Shown here one piece after another: positions 37,546 to 47,584 of a DNA stretch of 64,000 bases (position 1 is its first letter; the number at the start of each line of letters is the position of its first letter). Source of the DNA: an uncultured virus (IMG/VR IMGVR_UViG_3300007986_000015). Lineage: Duplodnaviria > Heunggongvirae > Uroviricota > Caudoviricetes. The translations under genes were made by a program, and so were the position numbers. The stretch lies in IMG/VR virus record IMGVR_UViG_3300007986_000015; one strand, written 5' to 3'. The notes under the pieces were generated by a model. That model worked only from the letters and a program-made list of their open reading frames with translations. It searched no databases and was not told the origin of the DNA.

Positions 37546-40023
37546 ATGATAGATACAATACCAAAGACCAATGATGCTGTCCATTCGCCCTTCGCCGTCG
37601 ACGTACAAAATACTGTCGGTCGATTACTCGCCAAGGAAAACATCAAAATCCATCGTTCTGCAACATATCGCACGGCCTTCTTTAATATGGAGACACGTAC
37701 GGTGGGATTGCCAGTGATGCTTGATGCTCCTCGTGCAGTGTACGATCTCTTTATAGGTCACGAAGTGGGGCATGCGCTATGGAGCTCAATCGAAGATTTT
37801 AATGCTCTCAAATCGAACCCGAAGTATCGTCGCTTTCATTCCGTCTTCAACATCCTTGAAGATATCCGCATTGAGAAGAAAATTATGCGGTCTTACCCGG
37901 GCCTCATCAAGGACTTCCGCGCTGGGTACAAATATCTATTCGATATCGACTTCTTCGGAAAGAACGTCAAGGATCAGATTGCTCTTGATAGCATGAACGT
38001 CCTTGATCGCTTGAACGTCCTTGCCAAGTGTGGTACGGGTATAATTAACCCCAATTTCACACCCGAAGAAAAGTCTCTTGTAGATGATGCTTTCTCTGTA
38101 GAAACTGCGGAGGACGTCGAGCGTGTCGCTAATCGCATCATCGATAACTTTATGTCTAAGGAAGCCGAACCTGAAGTTAGCGCAATGCCGGAAATTAAGG
38201 TCGACATCAGCGATACTGAAGCTGATCGATCAGATTGCGAAGACGTTGGGGGCTTTGGCGGTGAAGAGGATGAACCCTCAACCGATGAAGAGCCTGAGAA
38301 GTCTGAGGACAATGTGATCCCCACGAAGTCTGGCGACGAAACTGAAGATTCTGACAACGATAACAACATTCCCACGAAGTCTGGCGACGAAACTGAAGAT
38401 TCTGACTCGGCCAAAACTGAAGATTCTGATAATGATGAAAGCAGCAATCCTGACGATGCTAATGCCAAGTCTACGCAAGGTGATGATAACGGCAAGAGTA
38501 ATCCGGATGCGGCGCCGGATGGGGATGGCACTAACGTAGATAACGAACCTGAAGAGGAATTCGTTTCTGAAACTGAAGAGGCTTTTAACGAGGCTCTCTC
38601 TGAAAAGTCGCAGGAAATTGGTCAGACTGACTTTGCGCTTGATTGCGAATTTATTGAGCCTTCTCGCGAAGCTCTAGACTATGTTGTTACGCCGTGGGCC
38701 AAGGCTATTGCTGCTCGCAATGCGGATTCTTGGTATAATTCGCACATTTTATCAATGGGAAATAAGCCTGACATCATTAATAGGTGGAATGTATTCACCA
38801 AGGATAGTAAGAAGTTAGCTAGCCAGTTAGCCAATGAGTTTGAGCGTAAGAAGGCTGCGTTTCAGTACACCAGAGCAGGTGAGTCCCGCCGTGGTGTCAT
38901 CAATGTGAACTCGCTGCATCGCTACAAAACTGATGATAATATTTTTAAAACCATAATGCAGTTGGCTGACGCCAAGAACCACGGAATGATTTTTCTTGTG
39001 GATTTCTCGGGTTCAATGTCGAGCTGCATCGGTGCAGTAATTGAAAAGACGATCATTCTAACGGACTTCTGCAGAATCACTGGCATACCATTTTCGGTAT
39101 ATACCTTTACTTCTGTACGTGATGAAGTGCGTCCTGGTAATACTAAAAAACCTGAGTTGCAGACGCATGAGCTTTCGCTTCTTAATCTTCATCTTATAGA
39201 AGTGTTATCCTCGTCCATGCCTAAGTCAATATATCTCCGAGCGAAGAAGGACCTTTATCTTGGTCTTATTGAATTCCCTTGCAAGGTAATTTCTAGTTTT
39301 GAACACATGGGTTCCACACCGTTAAACGAAGCTCTCGTGGCAGTTACTTACATACTGAAGGAATTCATTGCGAAGACGAATGTTCAGGTATCGAACCTCA
39401 TTGTCCTATCTGACGGTTCTGGTTCGCGATGCAAGATTGTCAATTATGATGTCTATACTCCATGGGATAAACGCAATGTTGAAACCGCTGCGTATGGCAG
39501 GATAGCTGGAGGCAAGGTGAAGTTGACAAATGGCGTCGGCAAGACCCGCACAAATACGCATGTGCATAACGTTCACCATCATGCATTATTAAAGAACATT
39601 AAAGCTCTATATGGTACGAATACGTTATGCTTCTATATCTCCAATAGTCAGAGATCGTTGAAGAATACAATCGGGTGTATGAATGAATCGTATGACTTGA
39701 CCCGCCGTCCTTATAGTTACGAATATGGTCAAGAGGATCTTAAGATGCTTGAGAATATATCCGAGACTAAGATTGATATTAACAACGCAATGCGGGAACT
39801 GCGTAAAGTTGGCATCGCTGCCTACGAAAACATCATTGGGTACGATCAGTACATCTATGTCTTAACTGCGAATAGTGGTAATATATCGTCCTTTGGTGAT
39901 ATTGAGTGTGAAGAAGAAAACATCAAGGAAATCACACAAACCTTCATGCGGTTTGGTAAGTCTCATAAGTCAAAGAAGCTGTTCTGTAGTATCTTTGCTT
40001 CTGCAGTTTGTGGGCAGTTCTAG
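37546..40023 (+). CDS. CobT-like protein: HExxH metallopeptidase-like domain, acidic linker, VWA domain
   Basis: HEVGH, NILEDIRIE, MIDAS DFSGSM, GSTP, LSDG. Confidence 0.85.
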   Translation: MIDTIPKTNDAVHSPFAVDVQNTVGRLLAKENIKIHRSATYRTAFFNMETRTVGLPVMLDAPRAVYDLFIGHEVGHALWSSIEDFNALKSNPKYRRFHSVFNILEDIRIEKKIMRSYPGLIKDFRAGYKYLFDIDFFGKNVKDQIALDSMNVLDRLNVLAKCGTGIINPNFTPEEKSLVDDAFSVETAEDVERVANRIIDNFMSKEAEPEVSAMPEIKVDISDTEADRSDCEDVGGFGGEEDEPSTDEEPEKSEDNVIPTKSGDETEDSDNDNNIPTKSGDETEDSDSAKTEDSDNDESSNPDDANAKSTQGDDNGKSNPDAAPDGDGTNVDNEPEEEFVSETEEAFNEALSEKSQEIGQTDFALDCEFIEPSREALDYVVTPWAKAIAARNADSWYNSHILSMGNKPDIINRWNVFTKDSKKLASQLANEFERKKAAFQYTRAGESRRGVINVNSLHRYKTDDNIFKTIMQLADAKNHGMIFLVDFSGSMSSCIGAVIEKTIILTDFCRITGIPFSVYTFTSVRDEVRPGNTKKPELQTHELSLLNLHLIEVLSSSMPKSIYLRAKKDLYLGLIEFPCKVISSFEHMGSTPLNEALVAVTYILKEFIAKTNVQVSNLIVLSDGSGSRCKIVNYDVYTPWDKRNVETAAYGRIAGGKVKLTNGVGKTRTNTHVHNVHHHALLKNIKALYGTNTLCFYISNSQRSLKNTIGCMNESYDLTRRPYSYEYGQEDLKMLENISETKIDINNAMRELRKVGIAAYENIIGYDQYIYVLTANSGNISSFGDIECEEENIKEITQTFMRFGKSHKSKKLFCSIFASAVCGQF
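38320..38406 (+). repeat. 36 bp in-frame direct repeat (PTKSGDETEDSD x2) in the acidic linker
   Basis: CCCACGAAGTCTGGCGACGAAACTGAAGATTCTGAC twice. Confidence 0.85.
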
Positions 40024-40350
40024 TATAAACTGTAGTTTCGGGGCCTTCGGGATCACTCCTGAGGCCCTCGATTCGTATCCCCTTGGGATATACCCTCCTG
40101 CTGGTTCTAGATGCCCGTAGGGCTCCAGAATGACTCTACAACCACAACAATAACCATATCCCTACTGATTATATGACATCTAGACTATTTTATGGCTATA
40201 TTCCATCCAGAAGCCAATTTATGCATCTGGCCGAAAATAACGGTGTACATTTAGTCTTAACTGTGGTATTATTATATCACAATCGAGTACAGTAATAAGG
40301 AAGAAGAAATCACGGCGCATCTCATCAAAGACGAATCACTCACACACCTC

Positions 40351-41526
40351 ATGCAGTCCATTATGGCTGACCACGGCGCATCCGTATCCCGTAGTCAGAT
40401 CCTCACTGCAGCAGCTGCCGCCGGCATTGAGGACAAGATGATATATAAACACATCTGCAAACCCGAGTTTCGGACTGCAAAGCGTGGTCATTACAACATC
40501 GCCAAGATATTGGGTGACGAACCGGTCTCTGCACCGGCTGCTGACCAGCCGCCTTCGCCGATGATTCAGCGGCGAGCTATTGAGACTAAGACTCTCGAAA
40601 TGGCGCCAATGCATAGTCATGTGTTGGATGAAGCCACATACATCCCCCACATTGATCCGTTTTACGTTCGGTGGGGTCACCATTCCACGTTGGAGAAGAT
40701 CATCAAGTCCGAACAGTTTTTCCCTGTCTATGTGGCAGGACCTTCGGGTAATGGAAAGACCATCATGGTAGAGCAGCTTTGTGCTAAGCTCAAGCGGAAG
40801 TTCATCCGTGTCAATCTCTCACCGGAAACGGATGAGGACGATCTGATTGGTGGGTTCCGCTTGCAGGATGGTGACACGGTGTTTGCCAAGGGTCCCGTAA
40901 TTCGGGCTATGGAAGAAGGCGCTGTACTTCTCCTCGACGAAATCGACCGTGCTACGAACAAGATCATGTGTCTGCAGTCTATCCTCGAGGGTAACTCGGT
41001 CCTCCTAAAGAAGATTTGCCAGACGGTCTACCCTGCCCCTGGATTCACCATCATCGCTACTGCTAATACAACTGGTCGTGGGGATGAAGATGGACGATAT
41101 ACTGCAGCTAGTCTCTTGGATGAAGCATTCCTCGAACGCTTCCCCATCATTGTGAAGCAGCCGTTCCCGTCTCGGACAACTGAGCTTAAGATTGTGCTGC
41201 GTTCTATGGAACGCTATAACGCAATGGATGAGGACTTTGCTACCAAGTTGGTGGATTGGGCCAAGATCATCCGCCAGACGTTTGATGCCGGCGGAGTTGA
41301 TGACGTCATCTCCACCCGCCGCCTCGATCACACGGTAAAAACCTATGCGATCCTCGGTAACCGCAAGGCAGCAATCGCCCTGGTGACAAACCGCTTTGCG
41401 GCCGAAACCTCGGAGGCTTTCGAAGAGCTCTACTCTAAGATTGACGCCGGTGAAAAGGTCTTCACCGACGAGGAAATCGAGCTCGATCCCATGGGTGATC
41501 CCAGGGACGATGACGGCCTCGTATAA
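40351..41526 (+). CDS. CobS/MoxR-family AAA+ ATPase
   Basis: GPSGNGKT, LLLDEID, ATANT, LDEAFLERF, ISTRRL. Confidence 0.9.
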   Translation: MQSIMADHGASVSRSQILTAAAAAGIEDKMIYKHICKPEFRTAKRGHYNIAKILGDEPVSAPAADQPPSPMIQRRAIETKTLEMAPMHSHVLDEATYIPHIDPFYVRWGHHSTLEKIIKSEQFFPVYVAGPSGNGKTIMVEQLCAKLKRKFIRVNLSPETDEDDLIGGFRLQDGDTVFAKGPVIRAMEEGAVLLLDEIDRATNKIMCLQSILEGNSVLLKKICQTVYPAPGFTIIATANTTGRGDEDGRYTAASLLDEAFLERFPIIVKQPFPSRTTELKIVLRSMERYNAMDEDFATKLVDWAKIIRQTFDAGGVDDVISTRRLDHTVKTYAILGNRKAAIALVTNRFAAETSEAFEELYSKIDAGEKVFTDEEIELDPMGDPRDDDGLV

Positions 41527-41560
41527 TCTTAACATGCTATAATACAAGAAAGAAACGAAT

Positions 41561-42811
41561 ATGAATATTATTACTACAGATACTGGTAAGGAGATCCGTT
41601 CTTGGGCTCCTGATGTGGCCCAGAATGCTATCGATCAGATGAAGGTAATAGCTAACCTTCCTTTCACTGTACACTCCTGTCTGATGCCTGATGGCCACCT
41701 TGGGATGGATATGTGTATTGGTGGAGTTGTTGCTACAGACAACATCATCGTACCCAACTTTGTAGGAGCCGACATCGGCTGCGGAATGTGTGCAATGAAA
41801 ACCGACCTCCTAATTGATGACCTCAGTGATGATGTTCGTCAGAAGTTATTCAGCAACATCACTCGTCGTATCCCTACGGGCTTCTCTCACAATTCGAAAG
41901 ACCGGGCTCGGGAACTTTCGATTGTTTTTGAGAAAGACTTCAATGATATGGAATTTGAATTGGATGATAACGCTATTAAGCACGCGCCTGTTGATGACTA
42001 TCCTCGGGCAGTTTGGGATCAGCTTGGTACGTTGGGCGGTGGAAATCACTTCATCGAAATTCAGGCTGACGAAGCTGGAGGTATCTGGGCTATGGTTCAC
42101 TCGGGTTCACGTAACTTGGGTAAGGTGACGGGTGATTATTTCAACGATCTTGCGAGGTCAGTATTGAGTAATTATTGCATTTCCCACGATATTGCGTACA
42201 TCCCAACGACCACTGAATTGGGTAAGGGCTATATTTCGTGGATGAACTTCGCTTTGGACTTTGCCTATCTAAACCGTAGAGTGATGATGCAGGAAGTTAA
42301 GGCTGCATTCAGGGATCACTTCCCAGATGTTGAGTTTATCACATGGTCCAAGGTGACTGGCCAGGCTGAGTATAATATGATCAACATTCACCACAACTAC
42401 GCGGCGCTGGAGAATCACTATGGTAGGAACCTATGGGTACACCGGAAGGGCGCAACTAAGGCATCAGAAGGCCTCGTAGGCATCATCCCGGGTTCTATGG
42501 GTACTCCATCATATATTACCAAAGGTCTTGGGAATCACTTATCTCTGATGTCGTGTAGCCATGGGGCTGGACGAACGATGAGTCGTAAGGCTTACTCACG
42601 TTCTATGGCTGGCTCTCCTGATGTTGAGGCCTCATTAGACGGCATCATCCATAGTGAATTCAAACCTTTCCGTCACGGTAGAGATAAGGGCCTCTTGGAT
42701 GTCTCTGAAGCCCCCGGCGCTTACAAGGATATTGATACTGTTATGGCGAACCAGAGTGATCTTGTAGAGCCTCTCGTGAAGCTTCGTCCTTTGATATCGG
42801 TCAAGGGATAA
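41561..42811 (+). CDS. rtcB: RtcB-family RNA ligase
   Basis: MPDGHLG, VGADIGCGM, LGTLGGGNHF, HSGSR, HHNY, HRKGA, SHGAGR, final SVKG. Confidence 0.96.
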   Translation: MNIITTDTGKEIRSWAPDVAQNAIDQMKVIANLPFTVHSCLMPDGHLGMDMCIGGVVATDNIIVPNFVGADIGCGMCAMKTDLLIDDLSDDVRQKLFSNITRRIPTGFSHNSKDRARELSIVFEKDFNDMEFELDDNAIKHAPVDDYPRAVWDQLGTLGGGNHFIEIQADEAGGIWAMVHSGSRNLGKVTGDYFNDLARSVLSNYCISHDIAYIPTTTELGKGYISWMNFALDFAYLNRRVMMQEVKAAFRDHFPDVEFITWSKVTGQAEYNMINIHHNYAALENHYGRNLWVHRKGATKASEGLVGIIPGSMGTPSYITKGLGNHLSLMSCSHGAGRTMSRKAYSRSMAGSPDVEASLDGIIHSEFKPFRHGRDKGLLDVSEAPGAYKDIDTVMANQSDLVEPLVKLRPLISVKG

Positions 42812-42903
42812 TTTAGTAGTGTACAAACGGCTAACAGTATGGTATAATAGATCCATACTTTTAATACAGAAAGAAAGAAACACAAAAACATGAAAAGGAC
42901 CAC

Positions 42904-43599
42904 ATGCAACTAACCACCGAAACACTTGCGATCTTGCAGAATTTTGCAATGATCAATCCCAACATCGTCGTTGAGGAAAACACTGGGAAGCTGAAGACGG
43001 TTTCTGAAGCGAAGAATATTATGGCTATGGCCGATATTTCTGAGCAAATCGATTCCACCTTTGGTATCTATGACCTCAACGAGTTCTTGTCTGCGATCAA
43101 GCTAATTAATAAGCCGATGTTCACGTTCGATGGCACCATGATCGCAGTGGACTCCTCATCTGGTACACAGGGATTGAATTATTTCTGCTCTAATCCAGAG
43201 ATTCTGACGTATCCCAAGAAGGATATTAAGGATCCTGAATATGAGGTCACACTTAAGATGGATGAAGGCATGCTGGCCCAGATTAAGAAGGCCGCTTCAG
43301 TTCTCCATTGTGAGACGGTGTCATTGACGAAGCAGGCCGATGCTGATAGCATTTGGGCCGTAGTTTCTGACCCAACGAATAAGTCGTCTAATGCCTATCG
43401 GGCCGAAGTCGCGACGGATGAAGCATTTGCCTCTCTGCCTGCATTCTCATTTGACATCCTCATTGGAAATATGAAGATTGTCCCGGGTGATTACACCTTG
43501 CAGCTCAGCTCACGAAGCATCAGCAAGTGGGTATTGGACAGCACCTCACCTATCACATACTGGATTGCTCTTGAAAAGTCGTCCGAATATAACGCATAA
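42904..43599 (+). CDS. 45: Sliding clamp
   Basis: TLAILQNFAMIN, FGIYDLNEFL, YWIALE. Confidence 0.93.
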   Translation: MQLTTETLAILQNFAMINPNIVVEENTGKLKTVSEAKNIMAMADISEQIDSTFGIYDLNEFLSAIKLINKPMFTFDGTMIAVDSSSGTQGLNYFCSNPEILTYPKKDIKDPEYEVTLKMDEGMLAQIKKAASVLHCETVSLTKQADADSIWAVVSDPTNKSSNAYRAEVATDEAFASLPAFSFDILIGNMKIVPGDYTLQLSSRSISKWVLDSTSPITYWIALEKSSEYNA

Positions 43600-43618
43600 C
43601 AAAAGAAAGTAAAAGTAT

Positions 43619-43900
43619 ATGCATAAGAACAAAGACAACCCCACCATCGACTTCCCGTCCCAGCCAGCGCCGGTAAAGGAAGTTCCAGTTGACGTCATTA
43701 TCAACGCGCTTAAGTGCATCGACGCAGCAGCAGCTCGCGGCGCATATCAGGGAGGCGAGTTGAGCTCAGTTGGAAAGATTCGTGACACTCTCTACACCGT
43801 AGTAGAGGTCGAAATCGACCAGCTGGTCGAAGCGCAGAAGAAAGAAAAGGCTGCTGCTGAAGAAGTACAGCCTGAACCAGCTGTTTCCATCGACGACTAA
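43619..43900 (+). CDS. Hypothetical protein
   Basis: IDAAAARGAY.GGELSSVG motif; 93 aa. Confidence 0.7.
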   Translation: MHKNKDNPTIDFPSQPAPVKEVPVDVIINALKCIDAAAARGAYQGGELSSVGKIRDTLYTVVEVEIDQLVEAQKKEKAAAEEVQPEPAVSIDD

Positions 43901-43925
43901 TCAACTCAAACACAAGGCGAAGCAA

Positions 43926-44870
43926 ATGAATAACCTACTTTGGAGCGAAGAATATCGCCCGAAGACCATTGACGAATGTGTTCTTCCTACAAACCTCAAG
44001 ACAACCTTCGAGCAGGTCGTCTCCACTGGAATGGTTCCTAATATGCTGCTAACGGGCAGTCATGGTCGAGGTAAGACCACGGCTGCCCGGGCCATGTGTG
44101 AGGAACTTGATCTCGATTATATGATGATCAACGGATCTGAAGATTCGGGTATTGAGGTGCTGCGCACAACGTTGAGGCAGTTTGCTTCAACGTGCTCTTT
44201 GCAGGGTGGTGACAAACCGAAGGTCATCATTGTTGACGAGGCGGATTATCTCAATCCTGTTTCAACACAGCCCGCTCTCCGTGGGTTCATTCAAGAATTC
44301 AATAAGAGTTGCCGGTTTATTTTTACTTGTAACTACCCAAACAAGATCATCGAACCCATTCGTGATTCTCGTATGACAAAGATCGAATTCAAGATTACCA
44401 AAAAGGATTTGCCCCTCCTCGCTGCGAAATTTCATAAGCGTATGTGTGGTATCCTTGATCTGAATAAGGTTAAGTATGATCCAAAGCTTGTTGCTCAGGT
44501 CGTTATGAGTCATGCGCCGGATTGGCGACGGGTTATTGAAGCATGCCAAATCCATTCAATGAGTGGAACATTATCTCCTGAGGTTTTGCATTCACTTTCT
44601 GATGATTCGTTCGCAGAAGTGATCGGTTATCTCAAAGATAAGAACTTTGGTGCGATGCGTAAGTGGGTTGGTATGAATTCCGACCTGGATGCAACCGCAA
44701 TTTATCGTAAGATTTATGACTCGCTTGCACTTAAAGCCGAGCCATCATCAATTCCGGCAGCATGTATTATCATCGCGGAATATCAATACAAGCATGCTCA
44801 CGTCAGTGATCATGAAATTAACACTGTCGCGTGTCTAACTGAACTGATGCGCGACTGCAAATGGGCATAA
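43926..44870 (+). CDS. 44: Clamp loader large subunit
   Basis: W.E.YRP.TI.EC.LP, GRGKTT, DEADYL, FIFTCN. Confidence 0.95.
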   Translation: MNNLLWSEEYRPKTIDECVLPTNLKTTFEQVVSTGMVPNMLLTGSHGRGKTTAARAMCEELDLDYMMINGSEDSGIEVLRTTLRQFASTCSLQGGDKPKVIIVDEADYLNPVSTQPALRGFIQEFNKSCRFIFTCNYPNKIIEPIRDSRMTKIEFKITKKDLPLLAAKFHKRMCGILDLNKVKYDPKLVAQVVMSHAPDWRRVIEACQIHSMSGTLSPEVLHSLSDDSFAEVIGYLKDKNFGAMRKWVGMNSDLDATAIYRKIYDSLALKAEPSSIPAACIIIAEYQYKHAHVSDHEINTVACLTELMRDCKWA

Positions 44871-44878
44871 GGAGTACC

Positions 44879-45019
44879 ATGAAGAATACAGGACCAACGA
44901 AGCTTATTGACAAGCATGGTGAAAAGTCACCAAAGCACAAGTGCAACAATTGCGGTTGTATGCGATACAATCCGTGTGGTTGCACTGTGGGTAAGACTAC
45001 GGATCGTAATAGGAAGTAA
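44879..45019 (+). CDS. 46 aa Cys-rich small protein (not in ORF track)
   Basis: SD AAGGAG; KCNNCGCMRYNPCGC; fills the gap between genes 44 and 62. Confidence 0.7.
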   Translation: MKNTGPTKLIDKHGEKSPKHKCNNCGCMRYNPCGCTVGKTTDRNRK

Positions 45020-45022
45020 CTT

Positions 45023-45421
45023 ATGGCCAAGTTGTCGCCATTCGATTTTATAAGCGCCATTAGTTCTCGGGAAAAGCCAGATATCATGTCTGACGATCCT
45101 GAGAACGAAAAGGCGTACCTGCCGTTCATAATTAATAGGCAGTTTTCGTATTTTGCTGATACAATCCTCGCTGCGAACATGATGAATGCTTCTAGTAGAA
45201 TTGATAATCGCCTGCAATTTGACTTCTATCGCGCAATTGTTCGGCCAAGTAAACGATTTGCAAAGTGGCCTAAGGCTCTTAAAGATGAGGATGTTAATAC
45301 TGTTGTCGAATACTACAATATGTCTCGTGAAAAGGCAAGGGGTGTTTTAAAAATTCTGAGCAAAGAAGCTATAGCGTCTATGCGATCGCATTTATCCCAT
45401 GGTGGATTACAGAAAGCTTGA
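45023..45421 (+). CDS. 62: Clamp loader small subunit
   Basis: SPFDFI, Y.PFIINR.FS...DT, KRFAKW. Confidence 0.9.
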   Translation: MAKLSPFDFISAISSREKPDIMSDDPENEKAYLPFIINRQFSYFADTILAANMMNASSRIDNRLQFDFYRAIVRPSKRFAKWPKALKDEDVNTVVEYYNMSREKARGVLKILSKEAIASMRSHLSHGGLQKA

Positions 45422-45553
45422 TTATTCGGTACGATAATACGATTAAAGTCGGTGATATCGTAACAACCTAGCATCTCGCTAAAGCACAACATAAGATAAA
45501 TAAGTTCTGTCAGCAGCAGAATGAATTTGTTGTGTGTACCATGCGAGATGTAA

Positions 45554-45994
45554 ATGAATGATGATACTTTAGTGAGTGATAAATGGACTGCTGCCAACAT
45601 GGTAGAAGTCACGTTGAAAGAACCAGATGATTTTCTGCGTGTAAAAGAAACACTCACCCGCATAGGAGTATCAGCAACGTCCGAAGGCCAGGTGCTGTAC
45701 CAATCGTGTCACATTTTGCATAAGCAAGGTCGGTACTTCATTGTACATTTTAAAGAGTTATTCTTGTTGGATGGCAAGCGCAGTTCGTTTAGTGAGAACG
45801 ATCGACTCCGTAGAAACACTATCACTACTTTATTGTCTGACTGGGGACTATTGGAAATAGTTGATGCTGCAAAGACGACCGATAGATGCTCGGTCAATCA
45901 GATTAAAATTCTTCCTTTTAAGGAGAAGAAAAACTGGAACCTCGTTGCAAAATACACTATTGGTTCTGATCTCAAAAATTCGGTTTATAAGTAA
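45554..45994 (+). CDS. regA: Translational repressor RegA
   Basis: PDDFLRVKETLTRIG, LYQSCHILHKQGRYFIVHFKELF. Confidence 0.96.
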   Translation: MNDDTLVSDKWTAANMVEVTLKEPDDFLRVKETLTRIGVSATSEGQVLYQSCHILHKQGRYFIVHFKELFLLDGKRSSFSENDRLRRNTITTLLSDWGLLEIVDAAKTTDRCSVNQIKILPFKEKKNWNLVAKYTIGSDLKNSVYK

Positions 45995-46060
45995 TTTAAT
46001 ATCCACTTCAGGGAGCATTTTGTTGTGTACAATCTGCTCCCTTTGTGTTATAATAAATCT

Positions 46061-47551
46061 ATGAACAGTGAATTTTATACATCAATAGATAGATTTGGTA
46101 ACAAGCTGCTTTACTGCGGCTACGATGGTGAAGGCAAACGCATTGAGAAACGCGTTATGTTTAAGCCAAAGGTTTTCATCCCCACTAAAGACAAGAACGA
46201 AGCTACTGATAAGAAGTCGATCTTTGGCGCACCGGTTAAAGAGGTGCGCCTTGATTCTATGCGCGATATGCGCGACTTCGTCAATCAATATAAACATATT
46301 CCTAGCTTCGAAATCTTTGGTACCGACCGTCATGTCATGGCCTTCACCCAGGAAAAGTTTCCAGGCCGTGTTGACTATGATTCTCGCTTCATCAATATTT
46401 CCAACATGGATATTGAGACTGCAGTGGGCGATGGGTTTCCTAATCCGGCTACCGCGGCCGAGGAAGTCCGCGCCATTACTATTAAGCAATCGCGGGACGG
46501 TCAGTATTACGTCTTTGCTTTCAAAAAGCAGTATGCTCCACATATGGACGGTGTGAACTTTATCCCATGCAAAGATGAAGCCGATATGCTTAACACCTTT
46601 TTAGAATGGTGGCAGCAACCATATAATCGTCCCGACGTTTTAACTGGTTGGAACACAATGTTTTTCGATGTTCCGTATCTCATTAATCGTATTGAAGCGG
46701 TGTTAGGTGAGGGCACCGCTAAGTTGCTTTCGCCATGGAAACTTATCTCAGCACGAGACGTCAACTTCTATGGTCAGAAGCGCCCGACGTTTGAGATATC
46801 AGGCATCCAGCATCTTGACTATATTGAACTCTTCAAAAAGTTTGCATATACCTATGGCAACCAAGAGTCATATACACTCAATCATATCGCTCACATAGTC
46901 CTTGGTGAAACGAAGTTGGACTATTCTGAAATCGGCAACCTTAATGACCTGTACGAAAAGAACTTTCAAAAGTTTATTGAATACAACATCAAGGACGTTG
47001 GTTTGGTTGACGCTTTAGATGATAAGCTTGGATTCATTGACATTTGCTTCACACTATCATATATGGCCGGCACGAATTATGCTGACGCTTTGAAAACCAC
47101 ACCAATCTGGGATGGCATCATTTATCGTAGATTGTGCGAAGCTAATGTTGTACCTCCCATCTCAAATGCTGGAAAAACCGCAACCAGTTATGCAGGAGGT
47201 TTCGTTAAAATACCGCAGGTTGGTATGCATGATTGGGTGATGAGTTTCGATTTAAATTCGTTGTACCCATCGTTGATTATTCAGAACAATATGTCTACGG
47301 AAACTCTTTTGCCTAAGCGCAATCTTGAGGCATCTGTCCAAGGTTTCATTGACGAAACGTTTAGAGTTGATGATCCAGATATAACCGTAGCTGCGAATGG
47401 CGCTCAGTTCAAAACTAACAAAGTGGGGTTCATCCCAATGATTGTTAGTGAAATTTATGCTAAGCGCAAAGGTCTCAAAGGCAAGATGATCGAAGCGATG
47501 CAGGAAAGGGAAGCTTTGTTGAACGATCTGAGCTTGCTGGAAGCCGTATAG
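46061..47551 (+). CDS. 43: Family B DNA polymerase, N-terminal subunit (exonuclease to start of fingers; gp43A)
   Basis: DIET, GWN..FFD, YNIKD, SFDLNSLYPS; stops in the fingers helix. Confidence 0.93.
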   Translation: MNSEFYTSIDRFGNKLLYCGYDGEGKRIEKRVMFKPKVFIPTKDKNEATDKKSIFGAPVKEVRLDSMRDMRDFVNQYKHIPSFEIFGTDRHVMAFTQEKFPGRVDYDSRFINISNMDIETAVGDGFPNPATAAEEVRAITIKQSRDGQYYVFAFKKQYAPHMDGVNFIPCKDEADMLNTFLEWWQQPYNRPDVLTGWNTMFFDVPYLINRIEAVLGEGTAKLLSPWKLISARDVNFYGQKRPTFEISGIQHLDYIELFKKFAYTYGNQESYTLNHIAHIVLGETKLDYSEIGNLNDLYEKNFQKFIEYNIKDVGLVDALDDKLGFIDICFTLSYMAGTNYADALKTTPIWDGIIYRRLCEANVVPPISNAGKTATSYAGGFVKIPQVGMHDWVMSFDLNSLYPSLIIQNNMSTETLLPKRNLEASVQGFIDETFRVDDPDITVAANGAQFKTNKVGFIPMIVSEIYAKRKGLKGKMIEAMQEREALLNDLSLLEAV

Positions 47552-47584
47552 AGAGTTAAAGCTTCTAAAGTATAAATAGTCTGT

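Noticed and set aside
37546..41526. Cobalamin biosynthesis (CobS/CobT)
   Set aside because: MoxR ATPase plus VWA pairs are common in T4-like phages; no cobN or other pathway genes are present
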